From: a virus
Lineage: Duplodnaviria > Caudoviricetes
Strand: one strand, 5' to 3'
Length of the DNA: 64,000 nucleotides
IMG/VR virus record: IMGVR_UViG_2507262055_000001
The position numbers were made by a program, and so were the translations under genes. Shown one piece after another: positions 16,212 through 25,924 of the stretch; within the stretch, counting starts at the first letter, position 1; each line of letters begins with the position of its first letter. Below the pieces are notes generated by a model that was not told where the DNA came from, made no database searches, and worked only from the letters and a program-made list of their open reading frames with translations.

Positions 16212-16365
16212 CATCGAGCGCCAGCTGCTGCTCAACCAGATTGCCATCATGGAGGCCTTGATCCCGCTTGGATCAAGCGGCCCGGAAGGCACGCGCGAGA
16301 TCCTGCGCCGCCGGTACCGCGAGAGCGCCGAACTCGTCCGTCAACATTCACCCCCAAAAACCTGA
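16204..16365 (+). CDS. Hypothetical protein (53 aa)
   Basis: MTDIERQLLLNQIAIMEAL..., read by hand. Confidence 0.5.
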   Translation: MTDIERQLLLNQIAIMEALIPLGSSGPEGTREILRRRYRESAELVRQHSPPKT

Positions 16366-16380
16366 AGGGATTCCGCCGCC

Positions 16381-18237
16381 ATGGATATCAAGGTGCCGTT
16401 GAAGATGCTCAAATTCGGCCACGAAGACGGCGAGGGCATCAACGCCCGCGTCGCCGGCCGCGATGACGGCATTGCCGCGCTTGCCGCCAACCTCAACGCC
16501 AACGGCCAGATCGAAAACCTCGTCGTCAAGGACGCCGGCGACGGCTTCTTTTCGGTCGCCAATGGCAACCGGCGCCTTGCCGCGTTCCGCATGATGTACG
16601 GCGACGGCTCGGACCAGCCGATCGGCTGCACCCTGCACCAGGTCGATAACGCCAAGGCCTTCGAGTATTCGCTGGCAACCGCGATCACGGCGGAGCAGCT
16701 GCATCCCGTCGACCAGTATGAGGCCTTCGCCAAGCTCAAAGAGCGCGGGCAGACGGAAGAGGAGATCGCCCAGCACTACGGCTTGACGGTCAAGTATATC
16801 CGCCAGCGGTTGGCGATGGGGTCTTTGTCGCCGCTGGTCCGTCAGGCCTGGCGATCGGGCGAGTTCGATGAAGAGGCGGCCAAGGCCTTCACGCTCGCGG
16901 CCGATCACGCGCAGCAAGAGAAGGTGTTAGAGAAGCTCCGCAAGGATATCGCCGAGCAAAGCTGGGGCGACGGCAAGATCGACGCCGACGAAGTCGAGGA
17001 CGAACTCAAGGTCGACCCCAACAACATCGGGTATCTGCTGCGCTTCGTGGGCACCGAGTCCTATGAGGCCAAAAAAGGCAAGATCATCACCCGCGATCTG
17101 TTCGGGCATCGCCACAAGGTGTCTGACGAAAAGCTTTTGAAGAAGCTTGCCGATGAAAAGCTCGAGGACGCCTGCAGGCGGCTAAAGAGCGAGGGCTGGT
17201 CTTTCGCGACCACCGGCCGCCCGAACAACTCTTGGGATTACGGCACAACGAAAATCGAACCGACACCGACGGCCGACGAAGATGCCCGGATCGAGCATCT
17301 CAATCAAATCATCGGCGACGACAACAGCCTAATGACCGGGGAGATGACCGCGGATCAAGTCCAGGCACGCACCGAGATGCAGGCGATCTGGAAGGCCATC
17401 CTCGATCGGGCTTATACTTCAGAAATGCGCGCCAAAAGCGGATGTTGGGTGGAAATCGACCATAACGGTGAGCTCAAGGTTGAGTACGGCAAGATCAAGC
17501 CGAAGGAAAAGGCAGCAGCGGCCGTCGTCGAGCGCACCGAGCGCAAGAAGGCCGCCGCGAACCAGTCCGCGGCCGAAGGCAAGCCGGCGCCGGAGTCGAA
17601 GGTCGTCTCGAACGCCCTTAGGCAGCGCCTTGAGGCGCAGCTGATCACGGCAACGCGCGATGCGATCGCCGGTGACCCGCTGCTCTCGGAATCGCCCTTG
17701 GCTGAGGTCATGGCCAAAACCATTTGCAGCATGATCACCCCCGATCGGGCTTATTCGATGCCGGATGGCGTGCGGACCAAGTTGCCGACCATCCGACAGG
17801 TGCTGGATGAGAACGTCTTCAACGCCGCGATGGCGAAGCGGTTCGATGCGAAGGACTATTTCTCCAACGCGCCGAAGCCGCTGGTGCTGAAGGCCATCAG
17901 CGAGGCGGTCAATCCAGACGAGGCCCGCAAGCTTGCCAGCAAGACGAAAGCCGACATCTGGAAGTGGGCGCTGGATAATCTGGCGAAGACCGGCTGGCTG
18001 CCAAAGGAGCTCCGCACCGTTCACTACAAGGGGCCGGGATCGGAAGGCTACAAAAAGCCAGTGACTGATGCCAAGGGCGCCAAGCCGGACATCGCGACTG
18101 CGATGCATGATGCCCTGACAAAGGCGGAGAAGGCGATGAAGCCGCTGAAACGCGCGGCCGCGGTACGAGAGTCCGCGAAGGCCGCTGCGAAGAAGGCCGC
18201 CAAGAAGCCCGTCAAAAAACCTGCGAAGAAGAAGTAA
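16381..18237 (+). CDS. ParB/RepB/Spo0J-family protein with Lys/Ala-rich C-terminal tail
   Basis: GQIENLVV...VANGNRRLAAF, LHPVDQYEAFAKL, HTH EEEIAQHYGLTVKYIRQRL; tail AAAKKAAKKPVKKPAKKK. Confidence 0.85.
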   Translation: MDIKVPLKMLKFGHEDGEGINARVAGRDDGIAALAANLNANGQIENLVVKDAGDGFFSVANGNRRLAAFRMMYGDGSDQPIGCTLHQVDNAKAFEYSLATAITAEQLHPVDQYEAFAKLKERGQTEEEIAQHYGLTVKYIRQRLAMGSLSPLVRQAWRSGEFDEEAAKAFTLAADHAQQEKVLEKLRKDIAEQSWGDGKIDADEVEDELKVDPNNIGYLLRFVGTESYEAKKGKIITRDLFGHRHKVSDEKLLKKLADEKLEDACRRLKSEGWSFATTGRPNNSWDYGTTKIEPTPTADEDARIEHLNQIIGDDNSLMTGEMTADQVQARTEMQAIWKAILDRAYTSEMRAKSGCWVEIDHNGELKVEYGKIKPKEKAAAAVVERTERKKAAANQSAAEGKPAPESKVVSNALRQRLEAQLITATRDAIAGDPLLSESPLAEVMAKTICSMITPDRAYSMPDGVRTKLPTIRQVLDENVFNAAMAKRFDAKDYFSNAPKPLVLKAISEAVNPDEARKLASKTKADIWKWALDNLAKTGWLPKELRTVHYKGPGSEGYKKPVTDAKGAKPDIATAMHDALTKAEKAMKPLKRAAAVRESAKAAAKKAAKKPVKKPAKKK

Positions 18238-18242
18238 CGGTC

Positions 18243-18497
18243 ATGCACATCGGGCGCATCAAGGACACCACGCGCGTGATCGGTCAGCGGCAGGGCTATC
18301 TCGGCCTGCCCCTGCGCGACATCACGATCGACTGTTCGGTCAACGGACCGCGCACGCCGGCGATGGAGACGGCCTGGCTGCCGACTCCGGAGGAGATCGC
18401 CGCGATCGTCTGCGGCGCGCCCGTGGTGCTGCGCATTCTCGGCAATCAGCATCCGCCGGTCGCGGTCTATGTCGGCGACATTCCGAGGCAGGACTAG
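18243..18497 (+). CDS. Hypothetical phage protein
   Basis: METAWLPTPEEIAAIVCGAPVVLRILG...HPPV pattern. Confidence 0.7.
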   Translation: MHIGRIKDTTRVIGQRQGYLGLPLRDITIDCSVNGPRTPAMETAWLPTPEEIAAIVCGAPVVLRILGNQHPPVAVYVGDIPRQD

Positions 18498-18499
18498 CC

Positions 18500-18808
18500 A
18501 TGGCAGGCGAGGCACATGAGGGCGTGGTGTCGTTCGAGCCACTGACGCTCGGCCGCGAGGCCGTGATGCTCGGCAAGGTTCGGGTCGGCGAGATCAGCCC
18601 GCTCGACGGCAGCCGCTACCGGGCGTGCTTTCGCCTGAGTCTCCCCGAGGCCTCGGCCACCAGCTGGCGCCCTGCAAGCGATATCGACGACGCCAGGCGC
18701 CTTACCCTGATCAAGATCAACGACTGGCTCAATGCCGCAGGGGTCGTGCCGATCGGCGCGGGCGCCGGGCAGATGATTGCCTGTCACCAGCCGGAGGGAG
18801 AGCGATGA
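18500..18808 (+). CDS. Hypothetical protein
   Basis: ORF in operon orientation. Confidence 0.55.
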   Translation: MAGEAHEGVVSFEPLTLGREAVMLGKVRVGEISPLDGSRYRACFRLSLPEASATSWRPASDIDDARRLTLIKINDWLNAAGVVPIGAGAGQMIACHQPEGER

Positions 18809-19236
18809 ATTTACCACCGAGCAGCGGCAAACCCTTCGGATACGGCGTGCGTGAAGCGTCCGGCGAAACCCGACAATCGCCGACGCAAACCGTGTCGCAC
18901 GCACTGCCAACCCTCGGCTCGGCAGACACGGCAGCAGAGACGCTTGTCGAACGATCGCGGCGGCTTTTGCAGCGGGAAGCGTCGCTGGAGTTCCGCATCA
19001 GCCGGGCCGCACTAGAAGTTCTGGTGACGGATAGCGAACGATACGCGGAGCTTAACCAGCGCGTATCCGCTGCAATCCCAGTCGCGCAATCACTGCGACA
19101 AGATGGACTTCGCATAACGGGCGAGAGCTACACCATTCGCGAGACCTGCGAACGGGTTTGGAAGCTCGTCTCGTTCATCCTGAATGACGATCAGCGGCAG
19201 CTAAACACGTCTCACCGGCCGGAGGGCGGCTCCTGA
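18805..19236 (+). CDS. Hypothetical protein
   Basis: ATGA-coupled ORF from MNLPPSSG. Confidence 0.55.
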   Translation: MNLPPSSGKPFGYGVREASGETRQSPTQTVSHALPTLGSADTAAETLVERSRRLLQREASLEFRISRAALEVLVTDSERYAELNQRVSAAIPVAQSLRQDGLRITGESYTIRETCERVWKLVSFILNDDQRQLNTSHRPEGGS

Positions 19237-19697
19237 TGGTCGCCTATTCCTACAAAGGTCGCTTCGTCGCTCCGATCCGCGTCGGCCTCGGCCTTCCCGT
19301 GCTCGACGTGCATTACGAGCTTGGCGGCTATCTCCCCGGCCAGCCGATCCGCCCGAAACGCCAGACCATCCGCGCCAACGGCCGACGCCGGCATGCCCGG
19401 CCTGGTGAGACGCTGCAGCACTATCACAGCATGCGGACGACCAAGTGTTTCAAGATCGGCGACGCACACTGCAGTGCCGTGAGCATGATCCGGGTGTTCG
19501 TTCACGACGGGCGAGTCTTGATCAACCAGCGCGGGCGCCTGATCGAATATCGAAAGCCGAGAGATCTCGACATGTTTGCTCGTGATGACGGCTTCGAAGA
19601 CTGGGCTGGAATGCGCAACTTTTGGCTCGATGAGCACGACGGGAAGCACCTCGGACCCTTTGTCGGCGTCCTGGTCCAGTGGGAGGCGCTGCCGTGA
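19236..19697 (+). CDS. ASCH-like domain protein
   Basis: KRQTIR...RPGETLQHY...FARDDGFEDWAGMRNFW pattern. Confidence 0.65.
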   Translation: MVAYSYKGRFVAPIRVGLGLPVLDVHYELGGYLPGQPIRPKRQTIRANGRRRHARPGETLQHYHSMRTTKCFKIGDAHCSAVSMIRVFVHDGRVLINQRGRLIEYRKPRDLDMFARDDGFEDWAGMRNFWLDEHDGKHLGPFVGVLVQWEALP

Positions 19698-19981
19698 CCT
19701 TGAACATCGATCTTCCACGTCATGCTGCCGAAAAGGTCACGCGTGCCCTTAAGGACGTCCTGCAGCTGACCAAGGATCCGGGCGATCATTTGCGCATTTG
19801 CTTGCTCGCTTCGGGAGTCTGCATAGGCGGCGCCGGCCAGGCCTTTGCGCAGATGGCGAAGAATGATGGCGAGCAGCTTTCGGAAGTCGACGCCAAGCTG
19901 GAGATCGTGAAGCTGCTCGAGGTGCTCGTCTCCAAGGGCGCCGATGCGGCCATAAGATATTTGGATGGCGAAAGAGAATGA
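19694..19981 (+). CDS. Hypothetical protein
   Basis: GTGA-coupled ORF. Confidence 0.55.
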   Translation: MTLNIDLPRHAAEKVTRALKDVLQLTKDPGDHLRICLLASGVCIGGAGQAFAQMAKNDGEQLSEVDAKLEIVKLLEVLVSKGADAAIRYLDGERE

Positions 19982-20286
19982 AGCCGCCCGGCAAAACCAC
20001 GCTCGTCCGCATGCAGCGCACTGCCATGATCGAGGCCGAGCGCATCGAGATCACCCAGGACTACTGGGTCGGCGAGGGCCGCATCAAGCAGCCTGAGCCA
20101 GACTTCGTTGCTCGCCGCGACGACTTCGCGGGCATCGTTCGGATGATCGACGCGATCGAGAGTGACGAACGGCTCAAGGAGCGTGTCATCGAGCGGATGG
20201 CAGCGCGGGCCAAGATTGCAGTCGTCGCACCGATCGCGCCGGTCAATGCCGAGGGCGATGTTGAAATTCCGGAAGCAACCGACTGA
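19978..20286 (+). CDS. Hypothetical protein
   Basis: ATGA-coupled ORF. Confidence 0.65.
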   Translation: MKPPGKTTLVRMQRTAMIEAERIEITQDYWVGEGRIKQPEPDFVARRDDFAGIVRMIDAIESDERLKERVIERMAARAKIAVVAPIAPVNAEGDVEIPEATD

Positions 20287-21482
20287 TGGCCCGCATCACC
20301 GACGACGAGCTCGACGACATCCGCGCCCGCAACCCGATCGCGGACGTCGCCAGTGGCTACACCAAGCTGCGCCGCGCCGGCGGCCGGCTGGTCGGTCCAT
20401 GCCCGATCTGCGGCGGGCGCACCAGCTCGCAGCGTTTCGAGGTGATCGAGAAGGAGGGCACTTGGCTCTGTGCCGTGTGTCCAGACGGCGGCGACGTGAT
20501 CCGCCTGGTCGAGAAGGTCGAGGGCTGCGACTTCCGCGCCGCGATCGAGAAGCTCGGCGGCCGTACCGCGATCGATGCGGCCCGCGCCAAGGAATTGTTC
20601 GAGGAACGGGAGCGCAAGCGCCTGGCGCGCGAGAAGACCTCGGCCGACTACCGCGAGGCCGAGCGCAAGCGGCTGTTCCGGACGTGGAAAGGCGCACTGC
20701 CGATTCACGACACCGTCGCCGCGCGCTATCTCGAGGGCCGGGGCCTGGCGCTGCCTGATCATTGCCCCGGCCTGCGCTTTATGCCCACAATGTCCTATTG
20801 GCACGGCGAGACGATCGACGAGCGCGGCCGCAAGGCGCCGCGGCAGATCTATGCGGGCCCGGCGATGTGCGGCGCCTTCATACGGCCGGACGGAAAGTTC
20901 GGCGGGCTTCACCTGACCTGGCTGAACGTCGCTACGTCACCTGATGACGTAACCGCGCCGGCGCCGGTGAAAGCCGAGATCCTCGATCCGGATTCCGGCG
21001 AGGTCCTCAACTCAAAGAAGATGCGCGGATCCAAGACCGGCGCCTATATCGCCATCGTGATGCACGACGCGCCGCGGCGCCTGGTGATCGGCGAGGGGAT
21101 CGAAACGGTGCTGTCGGTCTGGACCGCGATGCACCAGGCCGGCCGGCCGCTCGATGACATGGCCTTCTGGGCCGCCGGCGACCTGGGCAATCTCGCCGGC
21201 CGAGCGAACAAGACGGTCAACCACCCGACCTTGAAGCGGCCGAACGGTCAGCCCCAGAAGGTGCCCGATCGCTTCCCCGACCTCGACGATCTCGGCCTGT
21301 CGATCCCCGATTCCGTGGAGGAACTGATCCTGCTCGGCGACGGCGACAGCGAAAAGGTGCTGACCGAGAACGCCATGGAACGCGCAGCGCGCCGCTACGC
21401 GCGGCAAGGGCGCGTGATCCGGATTGCGTTTGCGCCGTCCGGGCTCGATTTCAATGACCTGCTGAAGGCGGAGGCGGCGTGA
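20286..21482 (+). CDS. DNA primase: CHC2 zinc finger plus TOPRIM domain
   Basis: GPCPICGG...WLCAVC..GGDVIRLV zinc finger; IGEGIET and LILLGDGD...DFND TOPRIM motifs. Confidence 0.88.
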   Translation: MARITDDELDDIRARNPIADVASGYTKLRRAGGRLVGPCPICGGRTSSQRFEVIEKEGTWLCAVCPDGGDVIRLVEKVEGCDFRAAIEKLGGRTAIDAARAKELFEERERKRLAREKTSADYREAERKRLFRTWKGALPIHDTVAARYLEGRGLALPDHCPGLRFMPTMSYWHGETIDERGRKAPRQIYAGPAMCGAFIRPDGKFGGLHLTWLNVATSPDDVTAPAPVKAEILDPDSGEVLNSKKMRGSKTGAYIAIVMHDAPRRLVIGEGIETVLSVWTAMHQAGRPLDDMAFWAAGDLGNLAGRANKTVNHPTLKRPNGQPQKVPDRFPDLDDLGLSIPDSVEELILLGDGDSEKVLTENAMERAARRYARQGRVIRIAFAPSGLDFNDLLKAEAA

Positions 21483-21718
21483 GCGTGAAGTTGACCGATG
21501 CGCAGCGCCGCATGCTGCTGGAAAGCAAGCCCGACGATCGCACGGGTGATGAGGGATGTGGTGTCGAGCTGCGTACAGGGGCCGATTATGCAGCAGCTAA
21601 GGCGCTGCAGCGTCGTGGCCTTGGCTCTGTGACCGGGCCCGACGGAAGTCTGCCTGGAATGTATTGGAGCAACAGCGCTGGCCTGCAGCGCCGTTCTGAG
21701 CTGATCGAGTCCGCATGA
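21479..21718 (+). CDS. Hypothetical protein (79 aa)
   Basis: GTGA/ATGA overlaps with the primase and helicase genes. Confidence 0.6.
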   Translation: MSVKLTDAQRRMLLESKPDDRTGDEGCGVELRTGADYAAAKALQRRGLGSVTGPDGSLPGMYWSNSAGLQRRSELIESA

Positions 21719-23979
21719 CCCTCGAAGCCGTCCTCGACCTGGTCGACAACGCTCCCGCGTTCGTCGACGTCGACCCCGCAACCCTCGCACAGGCTGAGCG
21801 CAAGTTCGGACTCGAGCAGCTGAACGCCGGCCTGGCGCAGATCCGCGCAGCCGAGGGCGTCGATCGCGCGCCCATGCTGGCGTCGATCGCCGAGCAGCTC
21901 GGCGAGCTCGCGGGCGCCGGCGCGATCGACGAGCGCTTCGCCAAGGCCTCGCTCGAGGATGCGGCCGCCGGCGTCGGTCTGATCCGCGATCTGGGTGCGA
22001 AGGCCGTCAAGAGCGCGATCGCCGCCGGCCTGAAGCTTGGCCGGAAGTCGCCCCGGGATTTAACCGAGGTGCGACGCGCCGCTTCTTCAGCGGCGCTTGG
22101 AGCACCTCATGATGATGGGCGCCCGCGAGAGGCGGGCGACAATGTGATCTCTTTCCCGGCCGATCGGCCGGACCTTGCGTTTTCTTCTTTCGCTTCGTCC
22201 TCCCCCCGCACCCCCTCGGGGGAAGAAGAGAGTCAGAATGAAACCCTCACAAACGAGGATAAGGATCAGGGACCGCCGGACGACGAAATCAGCGACCAGA
22301 CGTTCCGGGACTGCGCGGAGCTCGATCAATCCGACGTCGACAACGGCAAGCGCCTGATTGCCTATTTCGGGCGCGACCTGATGGTGAGGCAGGAAGACGA
22401 TGTTGCGGCCGGCCAGATGCTGGCCTGGACCGGCACGCATTGGGATCTCGCCGGCGGCGAAGCGCTCGCACATCTGATCGGCCAGCGCGTCGGCGACCTG
22501 ATCAAGCTGGAAGCGGCCTACATCGAGTTTTCGAATTCGGAGGCCCGCGCGGTCAACGCGGCCGAGGCGGCGGCCAAGGAGCTCAAAGACCTCGTCCCGG
22601 ATACGCCCGAGCAATTTGCGAGGGTTGAGGAGCTCGGCGCGATCGTCGCTGCGGGGAAAAAGGCGCGGACAGCGCTCTCGACGCGGCGCGCCAATCGCAA
22701 GAAATGGGGCATCGCCACCAAGAACGCCGGGCGCATCGCCGCCATGATCAAATGCGCAGCGCCACATCTGCGCCGGCATCCCGATGCCTTCAACGCGGAT
22801 CCGCTCAAGGTCGCGACTTTGACGCACACACTGTCGTTCGTGCCCATGCTCGATCCTGAAAATCCAGACCCCGACGGCAAGCGCCAGCTGGTGGTCGACG
22901 GCCGCGTTCAGTACGAGATGGTCGCCAAGCCCGGCCACGAACGCGAGGACCTGCTCACGGCCGTGATACCCTACGCCTACAAGAAGGGTGCGACGGCGCG
23001 CGAGTTCAACGTCTTCCTCGATCTGTTCCAGCCGGAAGCCAAGAAGCGCCGAACCGTGCAGCAATACTCCGGCATGAGCCTCACGGCCCAGCCGGTGCAG
23101 CGGGTCATGTTCCACACCGGCACCGGCGGCAACGGCAAGAGCGTCTTCCTCGAGGTGCTGGCGCGCGTGTTCGGCGACGGCCTGTCCGTCGGCGTGCCCG
23201 CGGAAACGGTCTCGGGCGTGGTCGCGAACAATCCAAGCGCGCCGACGCCCGACATCGCCCGCTGCTACGCCAAGCGCTACCTGCGCATTGCCGAGCTGCC
23301 GAAGGATGCTCCGCTCAAGATGGAGACCATCAAGAAGCTGACCGGCGGCGAACGCTGGCCGGTGCGCACGATGTACAAGGGCTATTTCGAGTTCAAGCCG
23401 ACGGCCAAGCCGCACATGAGCGGCAACGGCGAGCCGAAGTTCGATGGCTCCGACGGCGGCATGAAGCGGCGCCTGGCGATCGTGGAATGGTCGGTGACGC
23501 TGCCGCCGGAAAAGCATCGCGACTTCGAGGACGTCGTCACCGAGATCGTTGCCGAAGGCTCCGGCATCCTGAACTGGCTGATCGCCGGCGCCCTCGACTT
23601 TCTCAACAACGGCTTCATCCTCTCCGAGGACGTGCTGCAGACCACCGCAGAGCACTTCGCCGAGATGGATCCTGTCGGCCAGTTTGCCGACGCACATGTG
23701 AAACCTGACGCCGGCGGACCAGGCGTGCCGGCACGCGCGATGTTTCTTGCCTACAAGGCCTGGAGCGAAGCCAACGGCAAGGCGCACATGCACGAGACCC
23801 GGTTCGGCCGCACCATGAAGAAGAAGTTCAAGCGCGACGACAGCGGCCGCATCCACCGCTATGTCGACGTCGCGTTGCACGACGTGCCGGAGAGCCCACA
23901 CCAGCAGAGTACACCATCCTCACCGCCGGACGACGGCTACCAACCGCCGACCCGCCACCCTGGCGATGACGAAATCTGA
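21715..23979 (+). CDS. P4/D5-family primase-helicase (SF3 ATPase with C-terminal winged helix)
   Basis: Walker A GTGGNGKS, AEL, IKKLTGGE...R.MY, KPHMSGN, DGGMKRRL; D5_N-like region. Confidence 0.92.
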   Translation: MTLEAVLDLVDNAPAFVDVDPATLAQAERKFGLEQLNAGLAQIRAAEGVDRAPMLASIAEQLGELAGAGAIDERFAKASLEDAAAGVGLIRDLGAKAVKSAIAAGLKLGRKSPRDLTEVRRAASSAALGAPHDDGRPREAGDNVISFPADRPDLAFSSFASSSPRTPSGEEESQNETLTNEDKDQGPPDDEISDQTFRDCAELDQSDVDNGKRLIAYFGRDLMVRQEDDVAAGQMLAWTGTHWDLAGGEALAHLIGQRVGDLIKLEAAYIEFSNSEARAVNAAEAAAKELKDLVPDTPEQFARVEELGAIVAAGKKARTALSTRRANRKKWGIATKNAGRIAAMIKCAAPHLRRHPDAFNADPLKVATLTHTLSFVPMLDPENPDPDGKRQLVVDGRVQYEMVAKPGHEREDLLTAVIPYAYKKGATAREFNVFLDLFQPEAKKRRTVQQYSGMSLTAQPVQRVMFHTGTGGNGKSVFLEVLARVFGDGLSVGVPAETVSGVVANNPSAPTPDIARCYAKRYLRIAELPKDAPLKMETIKKLTGGERWPVRTMYKGYFEFKPTAKPHMSGNGEPKFDGSDGGMKRRLAIVEWSVTLPPEKHRDFEDVVTEIVAEGSGILNWLIAGALDFLNNGFILSEDVLQTTAEHFAEMDPVGQFADAHVKPDAGGPGVPARAMFLAYKAWSEANGKAHMHETRFGRTMKKKFKRDDSGRIHRYVDVALHDVPESPHQQSTPSSPPDDGYQPPTRHPGDDEI

Positions 23980-24013
23980 CAATGGAAAGGCGCATCTGTT
24001 GCAAATAGATCAC

Positions 24014-24344
24014 CGAGGGTCTCGGATTTTCGAGGGTTTGTCGAGGGTCCAAGTTTTAACCCTCGTCACGCGATATGTGCCTGTGTCGCAATGGCTTTTG
24101 CACTCGCGTCGAGGGTTTCGAGGGTCTCGCGCGCGCATACACATGCGAGAGGGGAAAGCGGACGCACATGGTGTCCGTGTTGGCGGAGGTCACCTGCTTT
24201 CTGTGAAGGGTACAAAATCCTAGATCATGTAAGACAAACTCTCGAAACCCTCGAAAATATTGAAGAAAACACTGTAGATATAGCATTCGCGAGGGTTTTC
24301 TGATTCAATTTCTATACTATCGCAAACTCTCGAAACCCTCGAAA
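24014..24344. repeat. Iteron-like repeats: putative replication origin
   Basis: CGAGGGT at 24014, 24031, 24042, 24110, 24119, 24290; inverted ACCCTCG at 24059; exact 22-bp direct repeat CAAACTCTCGAAACCCTCGAAA at 24235 and 24323; AT-rich stretch between them. Confidence 0.7.
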
Positions 24345-24354
24345 GGACGGTTCG

Positions 24355-25026
24355 ATGTCGGCAAGGTTGAAATCTGACGGGAGCTTGGTGGACGTGAAAA
24401 TGCCGAGCGGTGCCCGGCCTGAACGGCGTCGAGTGCCGGTAGCGAGAAAACCTCGCGATCTCAGCCGCGGATCTAAGATCTATTTCATTCTTTGTCAGGC
24501 GACAGGCCGTGTGAAATGTGGCGTGGCGAATGATCCGCGGGCGAGACTTTCGGGGTTGCAGGTTGGATCACCGACGCCCTTGAAGCTGATTGCAGAGATC
24601 GACGGTGACGACGCGAAGGAGAAGTTGATCCATAGGCGGTTGGATCCATGGCACATCCACGGCGAATGGTTTCACTACGTGCCAGATGTGTGCGGCATTA
24701 TCGTTGACGAGATTTCCTCGTTTTTTAAGAGGTTGTACCTAGGTGATGATATTGTCCGGACGTTTGCAGCTGATGGCATTCCGCAGCACACCAGGCCGAC
24801 AGACCCACGCATACACCGCTTCATCGCCGACTATACCGTCAGCAGCCCTGGCGCCCGCACGCAGTCCAGCAACCTCTACAAGGCATTCGAGGTGTGGTGC
24901 GGATCGGCGGGAATAATTGCTTGCAGCCAAAAAGCGTTCACGATGGCCATGGCAAACGCCGGTTATCGCCGCATCACATCCAGCGTCGTGTTCTTCCTCG
25001 ACATTGCGCTGAAAGCACATCCATAG
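24355..25026 (+). CDS. GIY-YIG (T5orf172-like) nuclease fused to a D5/P4-type winged-helix domain
   Basis: IYFI...VKCGVANDPRARLSGLQVGSP...EKLIH...GEWF; C-terminus FIADY...SSNLYKAFEVWC...SQKAF resembles the helicase C-terminus. Confidence 0.75.
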   Translation: MSARLKSDGSLVDVKMPSGARPERRRVPVARKPRDLSRGSKIYFILCQATGRVKCGVANDPRARLSGLQVGSPTPLKLIAEIDGDDAKEKLIHRRLDPWHIHGEWFHYVPDVCGIIVDEISSFFKRLYLGDDIVRTFAADGIPQHTRPTDPRIHRFIADYTVSSPGARTQSSNLYKAFEVWCGSAGIIACSQKAFTMAMANAGYRRITSSVVFFLDIALKAHP

Positions 25027-25162
25027 AGGGAGTAGCGACGGGATGATGTTCTAAGGGGCTCTGGGCAAGCTCCCGACCATTCTGCGAGAAACTGTACCCG
25101 GTTGGTACAGTTTCTGACGACCAGCAAATCGACAGGGAAAATCGAGATGTTGGAGCTACCGA

Positions 25163-25738
25163 ATGAAGCCGCTGTCGACCGCACCACTTCCGGATCCACA
25201 ATTGGTCCGCAAGACGCGATCCCAACTGTTCCGCGAAGCAGAGATTGCCGTCGCCGAGATGACGAAACGGTTCGACGTCTCAAAGCTGCGCAACGCTGAG
25301 ATCGTCGAAGGTGAACTGGCTAAATGGTATGTGGTCGAGGTGTATGCATCCGAACAGCATGACGTTGCCGTTGAACTGGCAAAGCATCGGTTCGGCGTCT
25401 ACGTTCCAGTGATCAGCGAAACCGTAATCCTGCGGGGACGCAAGATCGACCGGCGCATTCCGTTGTTGTCGGGCTACGTCTTCGTCTTCATGTGGTTTAA
25501 CGACAGACACTGGCGCTGGATCTCGGACACACCTGGCGTCGTCAGCATTCTTGGATGGATCGATGACAGAGAGATCCACCGTGTTCGATTTGAGGAAAGC
25601 TGCGAACAGTTGAGCGCGGAGGATCGCAGGAAGGTAGAGCAACGCGTGCTGAGCAAGCTGCATAAGCGGGCAGGATCGTCGCGCCGGAAGAAGCGGCGAT
25701 CGAAAAAGGGCAACCTCAAAACTCAGGAGGCCGCTTGA
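25163..25738 (+). CDS. NusG-family (NGN domain) transcription antiterminator, probable late-gene activator
   Basis: KWYVVEV...FGVYVP...IPLLSGYVFV...DTPGVVSILG; sits between replication and packaging modules. Confidence 0.85.
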   Translation: MKPLSTAPLPDPQLVRKTRSQLFREAEIAVAEMTKRFDVSKLRNAEIVEGELAKWYVVEVYASEQHDVAVELAKHRFGVYVPVISETVILRGRKIDRRIPLLSGYVFVFMWFNDRHWRWISDTPGVVSILGWIDDREIHRVRFEESCEQLSAEDRRKVEQRVLSKLHKRAGSSRRKKRRSKKGNLKTQEAA

Positions 25739-25892
25739 CGCGGTCTCTTAGAATCAGCCATTGGCGTTGGTGGCTGATTGCCTCGCTTCATTTGAGCTCA
25801 CCGAATTGGGGGTTGGTGCTCTGAGCGATGGTGGACCGAAGCGGATTTATCCCTTCACCAGCCGGAACTGTGCCCAAAGCAAATCGACCCTG

Positions 25893-25924
25893 AGCCCGGA
25901 CACGGAAACGTGCCGGGCTTTTGT
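25893..25924 (+). terminator. Intrinsic terminator ahead of the late operon
   Basis: AGCCCGG-A-CACG-GAAA-CGTG-CCGGGCT followed by TTTGTGTTT. Confidence 0.75.

Noticed and set aside
25735-25763. Late promoter from TTGACG at 25735
   Set aside because: No convincing -10 at canonical spacing (TAGAAT is only 8 nt away), so it is not called as a feature.
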